Shown here: positions 8,532-19,029 of the stretch, piece after piece
Position numbering within the stretch: the first letter of the stretch is position 1
Layout of the letters: every line of letters starts with the position of its first letter
Assembly (NCBI GenBank): GCA_015655015.1
Contig: JAATFV010000248.1
Span: 17,012 to 81,011, forward strand
Source of the DNA: Chitinophagales bacterium
GTDB lineage: Bacteria; Bacteroidota; Bacteroidia; Chitinophagales; Chitinophagaceae
Direction: 5' to 3'
DNA length: 64,000 nucleotides
The notes under the pieces: generated by a model
Databases searched by the model: none
Seen by the model: the letters and a program-made list of their open reading frames with translations, nothing else
Told to the model about the DNA's origin: nothing
Translations under genes and position numbers: made by a program

Positions 8532-10448
8532 ATGGCAATAGACAATGACTACATCGCTGACCAGTTCAGCCTATTATCGAAGATCATGGACATCCATGGA
8601 GAGAACTCCTTCAAGACGAAGTCCTATTCGATAGCATCCTTCACCATTGAAAAATTACCCCAGCCCCTTCAGGAAATTCCCCCTGAAAAAATTACCTCCA
8701 TCAAAGGCATCGGGGACGCAATCGCCAAAAAAATTCAGGAGATCATCACCACCGGAGAGCTGAGGCTTCTCCGGGAATATATAGAAAAGACGCCCCCCGG
8801 CATTCTCGAATTACTCCGGATCAAAGGCCTCGGTCCAAAAAAGATCGCCACGATCTGGAAAGAAATGGAAATAGAATCCATGGGAGAATTATTATACGCC
8901 TGCCAGGAAAACAGGCTTCTCCTCTATAAGGGCTTTGGCGAAAAGACACAGCAGAACGTCCGCGAGGCCATCGAATTTTTTCTCAAAAGCCAGGGAAGTC
9001 ACCTCTATGCAGAGATAGAAGCCTACGCACAGGCGATTCACGAAAAACTGCAGCAACATTTTAAAAATGAACAGCTCCACTTCACCGGCGAGTTCAGACG
9101 CCAATTGGAGATCATCGACCAGCTGCAATGGGTAACGACGGCCCTCTCTATCCCCCTGCAACAATTTTTCGAATCGAATGGTTTCACCGCAGATACCGCA
9201 GCACAGAGCACCAACCAAAATACCGCTTCACTTCCGGCAATAGCTGTAGACATACCGTCATCTTCAGCAATAAAATCAGCAGCAGACAGAATACTAACAG
9301 CAGACACCACACCAGCATCAGACACCACACTAGCACCAGATACCACACCAGCATCAGACAAAATACCAACATCAGACAGAACACCAGTACCAGACAGGAT
9401 ACCAGCAGCAATAATTATACCCTCAGGTCTCTCAAGCCCAATCTCCCATTTCAAAGGCCCGGAAAATATCACCTTATCCTTCATCCACACTACCCCCGAA
9501 GCCTTCACCACCACCCTGTTCGAAACAAGCTGCAGCGGAGAATTCCTCGACACCTGGTCACAAACAACAAGCTGGAACCGCGGCCGCCTCTACGCCAACG
9601 AGGAAGAGCTGTTCCAATCAGCCGGAATAAGCTTCATCCCCCCTTACCAGCGGGAACAAAAACGCACCCTGGAACAGGCGGCTTCCAACCCACTACCCGC
9701 CGTCATCCAGCCAACGGACATACGTGCCATCATCCACAGCCACAGCAAATGGAGCGACGGCTCCAACACCCTGGAGGAAATGGCAACCGCCTGCATCGAA
9801 AAAAGGTACGAGTACCTCGTCATCAGCGACCACAGCAAAAGCGCCTTCTATGCCCAGGGCCTGAACGAAGACCGCATCAAAGAACAACACGGAGAGATCG
9901 AGGCGCTAAACCGCAAACTAGCCCCCTTCGTCATTTTCAAGAGCATCGAATGTGATATCCTCAGCGATGGGGCCCTCGACTACTCCGATAATATCCTCTC
10001 CACCTTCGACCTCGTCATCGCCTCCGTCCACTCCAATTTAAAAATGCCGGAAGAAAAGGCCATGACAAGGCTGCTCCGCGCCATTGAGAACCCTTATACG
10101 ACCATCCTCGGCCACCTGACCGGCCGGTTATTATTAAGCCGCCCCGGCTACCCCGTCGATCATAAAAAGATCATCGATGCCTGCGCCGCAAACCAGGTCG
10201 TCATCGAGCTCAATGCCCATCCCCGCCGGCTGGATATGGACTGGCGCTGGATCGGCTATGCCCTGGAAAAAGGAGTATTGATCTCCATCGACCCCGACGC
10301 ACACTCCACCAATGGATATAAAGATGTAAAATATGGGACCCTGACAGCACAAAAAGCAGGCCTGACCCCGGACAAAAATCTCAGCAGCTTCGGGCTGGAA
10401 CAATTCCGCAGCTTCCTCGCAGCAAGAAAAAAACTAAAAGGAATATAA
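8532..10448 (+). CDS. polX: PolX-family protein with C-terminal PHP domain; polymerase active site degenerate
   Basis: HhH motifs IKGIG and IKGLGPKK; PHP motifs HSHSKWSDG, SDHS, GHLTGR, DPDAH. Confidence 0.92.
   Translation: MAIDNDYIADQFSLLSKIMDIHGENSFKTKSYSIASFTIEKLPQPLQEIPPEKITSIKGIGDAIAKKIQEIITTGELRLLREYIEKTPPGILELLRIKGLGPKKIATIWKEMEIESMGELLYACQENRLLLYKGFGEKTQQNVREAIEFFLKSQGSHLYAEIEAYAQAIHEKLQQHFKNEQLHFTGEFRRQLEIIDQLQWVTTALSIPLQQFFESNGFTADTAAQSTNQNTASLPAIAVDIPSSSAIKSAADRILTADTTPASDTTLAPDTTPASDKIPTSDRTPVPDRIPAAIIIPSGLSSPISHFKGPENITLSFIHTTPEAFTTTLFETSCSGEFLDTWSQTTSWNRGRLYANEEELFQSAGISFIPPYQREQKRTLEQAASNPLPAVIQPTDIRAIIHSHSKWSDGSNTLEEMATACIEKRYEYLVISDHSKSAFYAQGLNEDRIKEQHGEIEALNRKLAPFVIFKSIECDILSDGALDYSDNILSTFDLVIASVHSNLKMPEEKAMTRLLRAIENPYTTILGHLTGRLLLSRPGYPVDHKKIIDACAANQVVIELNAHPRRLDMDWRWIGYALEKGVLISIDPDAHSTNGYKDVKYGTLTAQKAGLTPDKNLSSFGLEQFRSFLAARKKLKGI
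9276..9420 (+). repeat. About 8 imperfect in-frame 18-bp tandem repeats inside polX
   Basis: Units like CAGCATCAGACACCACAC encoding PASDTT / PASDKI / PTSDRT / PVPDRI. Confidence 0.85.
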
Positions 10449-10505
10449 GAAGCAGGTCTTTTCGAAGAGATTGCTCCAGGTTGTTTCAAATCAATTTCAC
10501 GGCAG

Positions 10506-10617
10506 TCGTTTCAAGGAAACCGTTCCAAAGAGCCGGTTCACAAGAGACGTTTCCAAAGATACCTTTCCAAAGAGACGGTTCACAAGAGACGGTTCACAAG
10601 GGCATGTTCACAGCGGG
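10506..10617. repeat. Intergenic degenerate 14-bp tandem array A (8 units)
   Basis: Consensus near CGGTTCACAAGAGA / CGTTTCCAAAGAGA, 14-nt period. Confidence 0.8.
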
Positions 10618-10778
10618 TCACTTCACGATATTGCCCCGGAATTTTTCGATCCAATGCCTCCTTATTTTTTAAAAAAACTCGGATTTTCACGAACTTTTTG
10701 CAACTAATTCACAATCAATAACCTCCAAAACTTTCAACTAGACGACCCAAAAACATACCCCACCCCTCCCCCCCAAAT

Positions 10779-10973
10779 CTATCAGCTTCTGACCATCATC
10801 TGCTGGCTATCACCTGCCGACTCCCACCTGCTGGCTGACAGCTACTGACTATCATTTGCCTGCTACATCTTCTGGCTAACAGTAGCTGGCTCCCAGCTGC
10901 CTACTATCATCTTCTGGCTATCACCTGCCAGCTCCCATCTGCCGGCTCCCATCTGCTGACTAACAGCTACCAG
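10779..10973. repeat. Intergenic degenerate 14-bp tandem array B (14 units)
   Basis: Consensus near CTATCATCTGCTGG; one 13-nt unit; ends beside the kinase stop codon. Confidence 0.85.
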
Positions 10974-10976
10974 CGA

Positions 10977-13900
10977 TCAGCTCGTAGCTCTTAAAATCGG
11001 CAGCTCCACATAAAAAGTCGTTCCCTCCCCCACCACCGTAGTAAACCATATCTTCCCCTTCGCCTGCTCGACGATCGTCTTACTCATCGCCAGCCCCAGC
11101 CCCGTCCCGGAGGACTTCGTAGTAAAATTCGGAATGAAGATCTTCGACTGCATCTCCGGCGGAATACCCTCTCCGTTATCCGTCACCTTTACAATGATCG
11201 AATCCTCTCTTATATCCTCGCTCACGCTCACCACCCGCTTACTTTGGTCATCACAGGCTTCCAACGCATTCTGCAGCAGGTTCGTAAACAGGCGGTTCAG
11301 CTGCGTCTTATCGGCAAAGACCATGATCCGCTGATGCACCGGCACCCACTTGAATAATAAATTCTCCGTCGTTTCATATAAAGAGGTAAGGGAATACAAC
11401 ATCTCATGCAAGTCGAACACCTCCTTCTTAGGGTTGCCTATATTGGCGAATTGCGAGAAGTCCGAAGCGATCTTCGACAGATGATCGATCTGTTCCACCA
11501 ACGTCTTTGCCACACTGGAAGCCATCTCTTTCACATTCACCGAATTGTTATCGATCGCCTTCTGCAGGTACTGTATGCTCAGCTTCATGGGCGTCAGCGG
11601 ATTCTTGATCTCATGCGCCACCTGCCGGGCCATTTCCCTCCAGGCCCCCTCCCGTTCGCTTTTCGCCAGCGCAATGGCGCTCTCTTCCAGCTTCTTCACC
11701 ATCTTATTGTATTCCTTCACCAGGCCACCGATCTCATCATTCCGCTTCCATTGTATTTCCTCATTCGTCTTACCCAGGTTGACCTCCTGCATCTTTTTAG
11801 AGATCAGCAGGAAAGAAGACGTGATCCGATTGGTAAGGAACAGGGCGATCGTCCCGGCTATCAAAAAGATGAACGCATTCAGCGTGATGATCGTCACCAG
11901 GAAATTAGAGATCTCTTCCTTCAGCTCATCCTGCGTCGTAAAAGAAGGAATATTCAAATAGGCATACGCATTCCCGCTGGCATCCCGCAGCGGCCGGTAA
12001 ATGCTAACATAAGGTACCCCCCCTATCTGCTCGTTATTAGTGTACTGTATCGAATTCAGCTGATGCAGGTTATAATAGGCCTGGGGATGCATTTTCTTAC
12101 TAAGGATCCCCTTATTATAAACAAAAAGATTCGAAGAGACCTGGAGGTTGCCGTTCAGGTCATACACATTGATATCCGTGCTATGCACCTGGGCTACCTG
12201 CTCGATCATCTTCTGCAGCTCGTTCATAGCGCCCGGGTAATACAATTTCCATTCATCGCCATAGATCACCTGCCCGGCCAGCTTGTTCTGCACTTCGCTC
12301 ACCATAACCTGCATCGCCTTACTCAGCCGTTCCCGGTTATCCCGGTCATACCGGTTGATGAAAAACCAAATGGTGGCTACACCGATCACAAAAAAGGAGA
12401 AAAGACTTATGAAAATGATCGTAGTGTGGATCTGCGAACGGATATTCATCTGCCAGTAAGTCTTTAGCTGGCTCCAGTGCAGGCGGGACCAGATCAGCAG
12501 GGCCGCCAGCCGGAACAATGCCACCAGGAACAAAAAAGCGCTGAACAGATACGCAAACAGCGTAATGTCCTCGATCGCCGAATTATCCCGCTTCACCACC
12601 ACCACAAAATTATCGTCCGAGATCCTATGCCATAATTCATCAAAGACCTTCTTTCGTACATGTACAAAATCAGCCTTCGGGATCTGATCGTCGGTCAAAT
12701 GTGTGGAAAAAGCATAGTCATTATTATCGCTGATCAGCTCCCGCTTACTGTAAATGGCATAGTATTCAGGCAGATCGTCCCTATTCTTCCGGAAAAGCTC
12801 CGGCACCAGCGCATTACTGCCCTTGTAGCTTTTCGGCTCCGCCGTAATAAAAAGATACCCGGTCACCTTTCCCGAACTATCCGCCACGATCGGCTTCTTA
12901 TAAATGTATTTATACTTATCAAAGGATTCTTCATAATACTTCAGGTCCTGGATCCCCGTATTCTTCCCCAGCACGGTAAAAATGGTATTCAGCGTATCGT
13001 AGGAAATAGCAGGATCGTTGTAAAGAGGCTGCTCCGCCCCGTCAAAAGTAAACAGCCGGGTGTCGAACTTATTCTGGTAAGCGCTGAAATTCCGGTTCAC
13101 CATGCTATCCTTCATGGCAAGATTAGACACAGGATCCTTAAACCGGGAAAAATTAAGCGACAAAAAATCGTTATCGATATAGCTGAATACAATGCTCAGC
13201 ACTTTCTCGCTCGTTGGATCAGCCTGTTCCGACAACCGCTCTGCCATACGCCTGCGATGATCCTCCTCCGTTTTCCGGTTCTCAAAAAGAATAACGGCAG
13301 AGATAGAGGTCGAAAAAATAAAAAGCCAGAACAGCACCTCGGAAACATTCAGGCGGAACCGCAGGTTAAAGAAGACCCGGCGCTGCATCAGCCAGACATA
13401 GGCCAGCAGCCATATCAATACAAAAAGATCCAGCTCTACGGTAATGGTATTATGGACAAAGGTCAGCACCAGCAGCCCCATCGTCGCAATAATGATATAG
13501 AGCACGATAGAAAGGGCCCGGATCAGGTACCCTACCAGCTGAAAAAGGACCTGTGATAAAAAGAAATAACCCAGGGCCAGCGCCGCCAGCGCAATAAAAC
13601 CGACAAAGCTGTAGTTGTTCAGCAGGCTGAAAAAGTTCAGCACATTAAAAGATATCTTGGCATCAGTCACCAGGGACTGCACAATATTGGCAAACTCAAA
13701 GGTGGTGACTACCAGCAATGCCAGCCCTACAAAGATCCACAACCAGTTCTTCCATCGCTGCTCCGACTCAGGGATCGTATATTCCGTAACCTCCCGCTTG
13801 ATGAACAGGATCACCCAGCAAAACAAAAAAGCATTGATGACAAGATCTCCCAGGGAGCTTAATATGATGCTGGAACCGTAAATAGTCGGATCAAACAGCT

Positions 13901-14735
13901 CGAATTGACGCAGGTTCAGAAAACCAGGAGTAACATACACCATGATCCGCAGCAGCAGGATCACCGATATCAGAAATCCTATCCCCCGGGTCGCCCCCCA
14001 TTTTTCCCGTATCGTATGCGCCACGTTATGAATAATGATCAGCACCAGCAACACCCCTACCAGCATTATCAGGGGGATCGACGGGTGATGGGAAGGAGCA
14101 TGATAACCTGGCTTTTTATCCAGGTAGAAGAGCGTATTGCCAAAAGAGCTCTTTACAGGGAACTCGGTAGGACCCGACGTTATCCTTACCCGCTCCTCCG
14201 CAGAAGCATTGTCGGTGAATTCCGGCGTCAGATTCGTGGTGGAAATATAATATTGCCAGCGGACCGGGATCAGGGCAATAGCCACCAGGCGCCGGCCGGC
14301 ACTGTCCTGTACCGCCTTCTTAATAAAATCATATTGCCCGTTGCTGAGCTGAACAAAATTATAGCCATATGGCGCGCTTAATAAAGCAGGCGTAGGCAGC
14401 GAACGCTGATCACTCCAGAATTTCAAGGTTCCCGGCATACCGCTGCTATCCATCTCATAGAGGAACAGGCCATACTTCTTATCAACCAGCTTCCCCAATT
14501 CATCCTCGCTATAATTCCTGTCGGATAACCTGTTCAATAAAGCGGCGTCCCTGGTCAGCTTTTCAAAATCCTGCTCCCGACCCTGCAAGGCGGACTGTAC
14601 GGAATTACGCAACATCCTGACCGAGGCATCGCTGTCGAAATATAAATTGAGAAAATAGCCGGTGAGAAATAATACGGTAGCTGCCAATAAAAGATAGCTG
14701 TTCCTGCGAAAAATATCAATAAAGAAAGACTTCAA
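10977..14735 (-). CDS. Large multi-TM sensor histidine kinase (HAMP-HisKA-HATPase, NtrY-like C-terminus)
   Basis: WREMARQVAHEIKNPLTP, NLLQNA, DNGEGI, FTTKSSGTGLGL; many TM segments. Confidence 0.93.
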   Translation of the reverse strand: MKSFFIDIFRRNSYLLLAATVLFLTGYFLNLYFDSDASVRMLRNSVQSALQGREQDFEKLTRDAALLNRLSDRNYSEDELGKLVDKKYGLFLYEMDSSGMPGTLKFWSDQRSLPTPALLSAPYGYNFVQLSNGQYDFIKKAVQDSAGRRLVAIALIPVRWQYYISTTNLTPEFTDNASAEERVRITSGPTEFPVKSSFGNTLFYLDKKPGYHAPSHHPSIPLIMLVGVLLVLIIIHNVAHTIREKWGATRGIGFLISVILLLRIMVYVTPGFLNLRQFELFDPTIYGSSIILSSLGDLVINAFLFCWVILFIKREVTEYTIPESEQRWKNWLWIFVGLALLVVTTFEFANIVQSLVTDAKISFNVLNFFSLLNNYSFVGFIALAALALGYFFLSQVLFQLVGYLIRALSIVLYIIIATMGLLVLTFVHNTITVELDLFVLIWLLAYVWLMQRRVFFNLRFRLNVSEVLFWLFIFSTSISAVILFENRKTEEDHRRRMAERLSEQADPTSEKVLSIVFSYIDNDFLSLNFSRFKDPVSNLAMKDSMVNRNFSAYQNKFDTRLFTFDGAEQPLYNDPAISYDTLNTIFTVLGKNTGIQDLKYYEESFDKYKYIYKKPIVADSSGKVTGYLFITAEPKSYKGSNALVPELFRKNRDDLPEYYAIYSKRELISDNNDYAFSTHLTDDQIPKADFVHVRKKVFDELWHRISDDNFVVVVKRDNSAIEDITLFAYLFSAFLFLVALFRLAALLIWSRLHWSQLKTYWQMNIRSQIHTTIIFISLFSFFVIGVATIWFFINRYDRDNRERLSKAMQVMVSEVQNKLAGQVIYGDEWKLYYPGAMNELQKMIEQVAQVHSTDINVYDLNGNLQVSSNLFVYNKGILSKKMHPQAYYNLHQLNSIQYTNNEQIGGVPYVSIYRPLRDASGNAYAYLNIPSFTTQDELKEEISNFLVTIITLNAFIFLIAGTIALFLTNRITSSFLLISKKMQEVNLGKTNEEIQWKRNDEIGGLVKEYNKMVKKLEESAIALAKSEREGAWREMARQVAHEIKNPLTPMKLSIQYLQKAIDNNSVNVKEMASSVAKTLVEQIDHLSKIASDFSQFANIGNPKKEVFDLHEMLYSLTSLYETTENLLFKWVPVHQRIMVFADKTQLNRLFTNLLQNALEACDDQSKRVVSVSEDIREDSIIVKVTDNGEGIPPEMQSKIFIPNFTTKSSGTGLGLAMSKTIVEQAKGKIWFTTVVGEGTTFYVELPILRATS

Positions 14736-15529
14736 TCCCGTTGGTTTTGCTTTTTAATGGAATCCCACAATCCATCCATCTCTTCCAGGGTCATATCCGC
14801 CAGGGATCTGCCTTTTGATAAAGCAAGCTCCTCCATCCGGGTAAATCGACCTATAAACTTCCTGTTTGCTTTTTCCAGGGCATTCTCCGCATCTATCTGC
14901 AAAAACCGTGCATAATTGACCAGGGAAAAAGCCAGGTCCCCATACTCCTCCTCGATCTTCACCGGATCTTTCAGGGATATAGCCTCCTGCAGCTCCTCCA
15001 TCTCTTCCTTCACCTTATCCCAGACCTGCTCCGGATAATCCCATTCAAAACCCACTTTCCCCGCTTTTTCCTGGAGCCGGGTCGCTTTCACCGTCGCCGG
15101 CAGGGAAAGCGGCACCCCGCCCAGCACGGACTTCTTCCCCTCTTTTAACTTCAGCCTCTCCCAATTCCTTTTTACATCCTCCTCATTCGTGACGGCCACC
15201 AGGCCCTCCTCTTTGGTCACATCCCCGTAAATATGCGGATGCCGGCTGATCAGCTTATCACAGATCCCGTTGATCACCTCTTCCAGGGTGAACTGCCCCT
15301 GCTCCTTGCCGATCCGGGCATAAAAGACAATATGCAGCAGCAGATCCCCCAATTCCTCCCGGATTCCCTTCCAGTCTTCATCCGTAATGGCATCTGCCAG
15401 CTCGTATAGCTCCTCGATCGTAAGGGGCCGCAGCGTCTGAACGGTTTGTTTACGATCCCAGGGGCATTTTTCCCTTAATTCGTCCATGATCCCGACCAGG
15501 CGCTGGAAAGAGGCGGTAACTTCACTCAT
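14732..15529 (-). CDS. mazG: Nucleoside triphosphate pyrophosphohydrolase MazG
   Basis: CPWDRKQT, EELGDLLLH, RHPHIYG; tandem domains; 4-nt overlap with the kinase gene. Confidence 0.96.
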   Translation of the reverse strand: MSEVTASFQRLVGIMDELREKCPWDRKQTVQTLRPLTIEELYELADAITDEDWKGIREELGDLLLHIVFYARIGKEQGQFTLEEVINGICDKLISRHPHIYGDVTKEEGLVAVTNEEDVKRNWERLKLKEGKKSVLGGVPLSLPATVKATRLQEKAGKVGFEWDYPEQVWDKVKEEMEELQEAISLKDPVKIEEEYGDLAFSLVNYARFLQIDAENALEKANRKFIGRFTRMEELALSKGRSLADMTLEEMDGLWDSIKKQNQRD

Positions 15530-15710
15530 AAAAAATATTTAAACCATATTGAAATGGCGGAGAGGGAAAATTTTAACTAAAATAAGGAACTTATAGAGCT
15601 CCGCATGTATTAAAAAAGGGATTTTTTCGTTTCTTGCTTTGAATCCTAAATTTGCTCCCGGATCGGCTGATCAGTTCATCGACCGGCAAAACCAAATTAT
15701 CAGGAATAAA

Positions 15711-16547
15711 ATGAAGTTAATTACAGGATCCGTTCTATTGATCTTATTTAGCCAGGTGTGCAGCGCGCAATATTATTACAAGGACCTGGTCCTGACACGA
15801 CAGACCGCCGGTCAATGGAAGCTCTATAAGGACAACAAGGTAAGATCCGTCAAGCTGGCCAGCTTTGAAAGCGACGGCCAGCCCTCCGAGGGTTTCGTCT
15901 GCGACCAGGAAGTAACCCCCGACTTTTCCCGCATCAACACCCATACCCGCTCTGCCGGCACCACCGACTCCTGGATCCTGGCCTGGTACTCCCCCGCCGG
16001 CCTCCCGGTAAAAATCGAGGATACCAGCGACACCTACCGGAGCACCTCCGAATACCAGTATGACGCTCAAGGACATATAACGTCTATTACCAATACCTCC
16101 ATCGAAACGGACAACCACCTCAAAGACATAGAGCAGCATTTATGGCAATACGATGCACAAGGCCGGCCCTCCGGTTTGCTCAAAATCAAGAATGGCAACG
16201 ATACCACCCTTGTACAATTCGTAAAAGATGAAAAAGGCAATATTGCGGAAGAAAGGGCCCGGAGAAATAAGACCGACCTGCCAGTCCTGTATTATTACTA
16301 TGATGCAGCCAATCGTCTCACCGATATCGTACGTTACAATATAAAAGCTCAGCGACTGCTGCCCACGACGATCTTCGAATACGAGGACGGGGAACGCCCC
16401 GTTTCCATGCTGGTCGTACCGGAAGGCAGTAATGATTACCAGAAATGGCTCTACGAGTATAATGACAAGGGACTGAAAACAAAAGAATCCTGCTATAACA
16501 AGAAAAAGGAGCTGCAGGGCAGGATCGAATATAGCTATACCCAGTAA
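15711..16547 (+). CDS. Secreted protein with YD/Rhs-like beta repeats
   Basis: Signal peptide; repeated YQYDAQG, YYYDAANRL, YEYNDKG motifs. Confidence 0.75.
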   Translation: MKLITGSVLLILFSQVCSAQYYYKDLVLTRQTAGQWKLYKDNKVRSVKLASFESDGQPSEGFVCDQEVTPDFSRINTHTRSAGTTDSWILAWYSPAGLPVKIEDTSDTYRSTSEYQYDAQGHITSITNTSIETDNHLKDIEQHLWQYDAQGRPSGLLKIKNGNDTTLVQFVKDEKGNIAEERARRNKTDLPVLYYYYDAANRLTDIVRYNIKAQRLLPTTIFEYEDGERPVSMLVVPEGSNDYQKWLYEYNDKGLKTKESCYNKKKELQGRIEYSYTQ

Positions 16548-16588
16548 CTGCAAGCCATAAATCTTTAAAATATTATCAAAAAAATCGT

Positions 16589-17227
16589 ATGCGCATTTTA
16601 TTAAGCCTGCTATTACTCTCAACTACCAGCCTGACCCGGGCCCAGGACCAGGATCTCGATTTCCCGGATTATCGCAGTAAAAAAGACAATTTCGTCAAGA
16701 TCAACGATAAAGACATCCGGGCCGATCAGGCCTCTTTTGCCCTGGCAGCCGTCGACGAGAGCATCGGCAAGGCAGTGCTCCAGACCGTCCCCATCAAGGA
16801 CTATACCAACAACACCATGACATTTGATAATGGTAATATCCAGGTGACCATCCGCACCGGGAACTTCATGCCAACCAAACACAAAATGATGTACTCGGAA
16901 AAACATCTGGTCAAGATCGATGGCAAACCCTACTACGGAGGCAATTACGGAGAAATGCCCCATACCACTATTGAAGCGGTGACCGTCCTGGTCGGCAAGG
17001 ATACCGTTCCCATTCCAGCCACCGCTTTTTTCGACCTCTACGACCCGAAATTCAGCTTTAATCAATCCGGTACCACCCGCACCCGCAACGCTGTTTACCT
17101 CTCCAATGATAAACACACTTTTTACATCTACATGCTCAACGTCGAGAACGGCGGCAGCGAGTACACCTGGGTGATCCGGGACAAACAATACATACGCCGG
17201 GTAGTCGATTTCGGATTCCTGAAATAA
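16589..17227 (+). CDS. Secreted hypothetical protein
   Basis: Signal peptide; coding-like ORF co-oriented with the previous gene. Confidence 0.75.
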   Translation: MRILLSLLLLSTTSLTRAQDQDLDFPDYRSKKDNFVKINDKDIRADQASFALAAVDESIGKAVLQTVPIKDYTNNTMTFDNGNIQVTIRTGNFMPTKHKMMYSEKHLVKIDGKPYYGGNYGEMPHTTIEAVTVLVGKDTVPIPATAFFDLYDPKFSFNQSGTTRTRNAVYLSNDKHTFYIYMLNVENGGSEYTWVIRDKQYIRRVVDFGFLK

Positions 17228-17268
17228 GCGTTCCGCCGGTCATACCGTGGATCGATCATAATATGGGC

Positions 17269-17841
17269 TCAGTCCTGCTTCCTCTCCTTTCGCACCAGGT
17301 CGCCCTTCCCGTTAAAAAACAGGAGCCAGTCCTCCAGGAAAGCATCGTGATGCTCCGAATCCAGCAGCGTGCCATTATTCACATGTAATACATATAAGGG
17401 CTGCTCCGGAGTGTCGATCTTTTTCATATCAGCCACATACCAGCTGTAATAACCGCTGTTCTTCCATCCCAGCTTCACAGGATCCGGCAGGTTCTTCGTC
17501 CATTTTATGGGAGCTTCCGTTCCCTGCCAGGTCCCATCCGGCGAATAATAGGCAAAACATTTCTTTCCACCCCGGGAAAATGCCGCGATATACCCCTGTT
17601 CTCTTTGCTCCCATTTTTTCAGTTTTCCATCGGGGAATTGCGTAGAAAAGGCTTTCACCACGACGGCAGGCACCGAACCGACAGCCACCGGATTGGACCG
17701 CACCGGACCGGAAGCCCCTGCAGTCACAGGACTGGACGCTACCGTCGTCACCGGACCGGAATGTACCGGACTCGTTTCGTTTTGGCCCCTCATCGTCTGA
17801 AACAACATCGCCGCAGCGACCAACACCATTGCTTTTTTCAT
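17269..17841 (-). CDS. Periplasmic PepSY/BLIP-like protein (paralog 1)
   Basis: Signal peptide; VPAVVVKAFSTQFP...KWE...AYYSPDGTW...LPDPVK; low-complexity N-terminal insert. Confidence 0.8.
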   Translation of the reverse strand: MKKAMVLVAAAMLFQTMRGQNETSPVHSGPVTTVASSPVTAGASGPVRSNPVAVGSVPAVVVKAFSTQFPDGKLKKWEQREQGYIAAFSRGGKKCFAYYSPDGTWQGTEAPIKWTKNLPDPVKLGWKNSGYYSWYVADMKKIDTPEQPLYVLHVNNGTLLDSEHHDAFLEDWLLFFNGKGDLVRKERKQD

Positions 17842-17912
17842 GTTTTTACATTTACAAAGTGATTAATTGAATTTTGTTCGATCTACAAGTTCCTGTTCGA
17901 CTTACAGACCAT

Positions 17913-18998
17913 CTATTTGACCGTCAACCCTTCCTTCGTTTCATCATTGGCATTCACCACCAGCTCATCACCGGCCTGTAAAGCCCCCGTCACCTCAACC
18001 TTATCCGCCGTGTCATTGCCGGTAGTCACATCTACCTTAACCGTCTTACCATCCCTTACCGACAGCACATATTTCCTCTCCGTAGAAGTGATCACCGCCG
18101 AACGGGGCACGGAAAAAGCAGCCGGGTTTCCTTTCGAATGAAATAAAATATCCCCGTACATCCCGGGCGCCAGCTTGCCATCCTGGTTGTATACATCCAG
18201 CTCCATCCTCTCGGACCGGTATTGAGTATTCACCACACTTGACCTCCGGCTCACCCGTCCCGTCATTTTCTTGCCGGGAAAGGCGCTTAGGTAAAAGGTC
18301 ACGGTATCCTTATCTTCCAGGTTAGCCGCAATTCCTTCCGGAATATCCACCTGCAGCCGCAGTCGTTCTACCTGCCGCAGGTCCAGCATGGGCTTGTTAT
18401 CCTTTCCCTCAGCGCTTACCAGCGCCCCGGGATGTACATTCCTCTCCGTGATCACCCCGTCAAAAGGAGCGGCCACCCTTAAATAACCCAGAATGGTCTC
18501 CTGCATCTGCCAGTTTGCCTTTTCCGCATTGCACAACGTGCTGTCCGCTTCTTCCTTCGCTTTCGCTGAAGCCAGCCCCATGGGAGACACAGCTCCCGGT
18601 GTGAGCGCCGCCTGCCGCAGCCGCTCATAATTCTCCCGGCTGATGGTATAATCCAGTGTGGCCCGGGCATATTTTTCTTTCGCCTGCATGCTGGCCTGTT
18701 CCAGTTCAGGCGCTTCCAGCTCCATCAGCAGCTGACCTTTTTTCACATGGGACCCTATGTCCACCCATACCCGTTTTACATAACCGTTTACCTTGGGAAA
18801 AATGCTTACCTCCTCGTAAGCCGCTAACTGCGCCGGCAGTTTCACCAATTGTTCCAGGCCGGAGGCCTTTTCCACGGTAGCCAGTTGGTAATGCGTCGCC
18901 GTCACGGCTGCCGCCGTATTCGCAGCAGATCCTTTCGTCCCGCAGCCCCAGCCTGCCAGGACCAGGATCACAGCCAGGATAAATATTTCTTTGCTCAT
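17913..18998 (-). CDS. RND efflux periplasmic adaptor (lipoprotein)
   Basis: Lipobox-like GWGC; KVNGYV...DIGSHVKKGQLL; APFDGVITERN. Start may be 19022. Confidence 0.93.
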   Translation of the reverse strand: MSKEIFILAVILVLAGWGCGTKGSAANTAAAVTATHYQLATVEKASGLEQLVKLPAQLAAYEEVSIFPKVNGYVKRVWVDIGSHVKKGQLLMELEAPELEQASMQAKEKYARATLDYTISRENYERLRQAALTPGAVSPMGLASAKAKEEADSTLCNAEKANWQMQETILGYLRVAAPFDGVITERNVHPGALVSAEGKDNKPMLDLRQVERLRLQVDIPEGIAANLEDKDTVTFYLSAFPGKKMTGRVSRRSSVVNTQYRSERMELDVYNQDGKLAPGMYGDILFHSKGNPAAFSVPRSAVITSTERKYVLSVRDGKTVKVDVTTGNDTADKVEVTGALQAGDELVVNANDETKEGLTVK

Positions 18999-19029
18999 CG
19001 GTGAATGTTTGATGTTTGTCATGCTGTTA

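Noticed and set aside
9128-9955. 275-aa Arg/His-rich alternative-frame ORF in polX
   Set aside because: Frame shadow of polX and its repeat tract.
10471-10707. Short ORFs over array A, and a CRISPR interpretation of arrays A and B
   Set aside because: A 14-nt period is not codon-compatible; no unique spacers, no constant repeat, no cas genes.
11406-14381. Long antisense ORFs opposite the kinase (likewise opposite RND, sulfatases and susC)
   Set aside because: Typical reverse-strand shadows of GC-rich coding sequence.
15711-16547. Rhs toxin interpretation of the YD-like protein
   Set aside because: Short, has a signal peptide, and lacks the Rhs core-end motif and a toxin domain.
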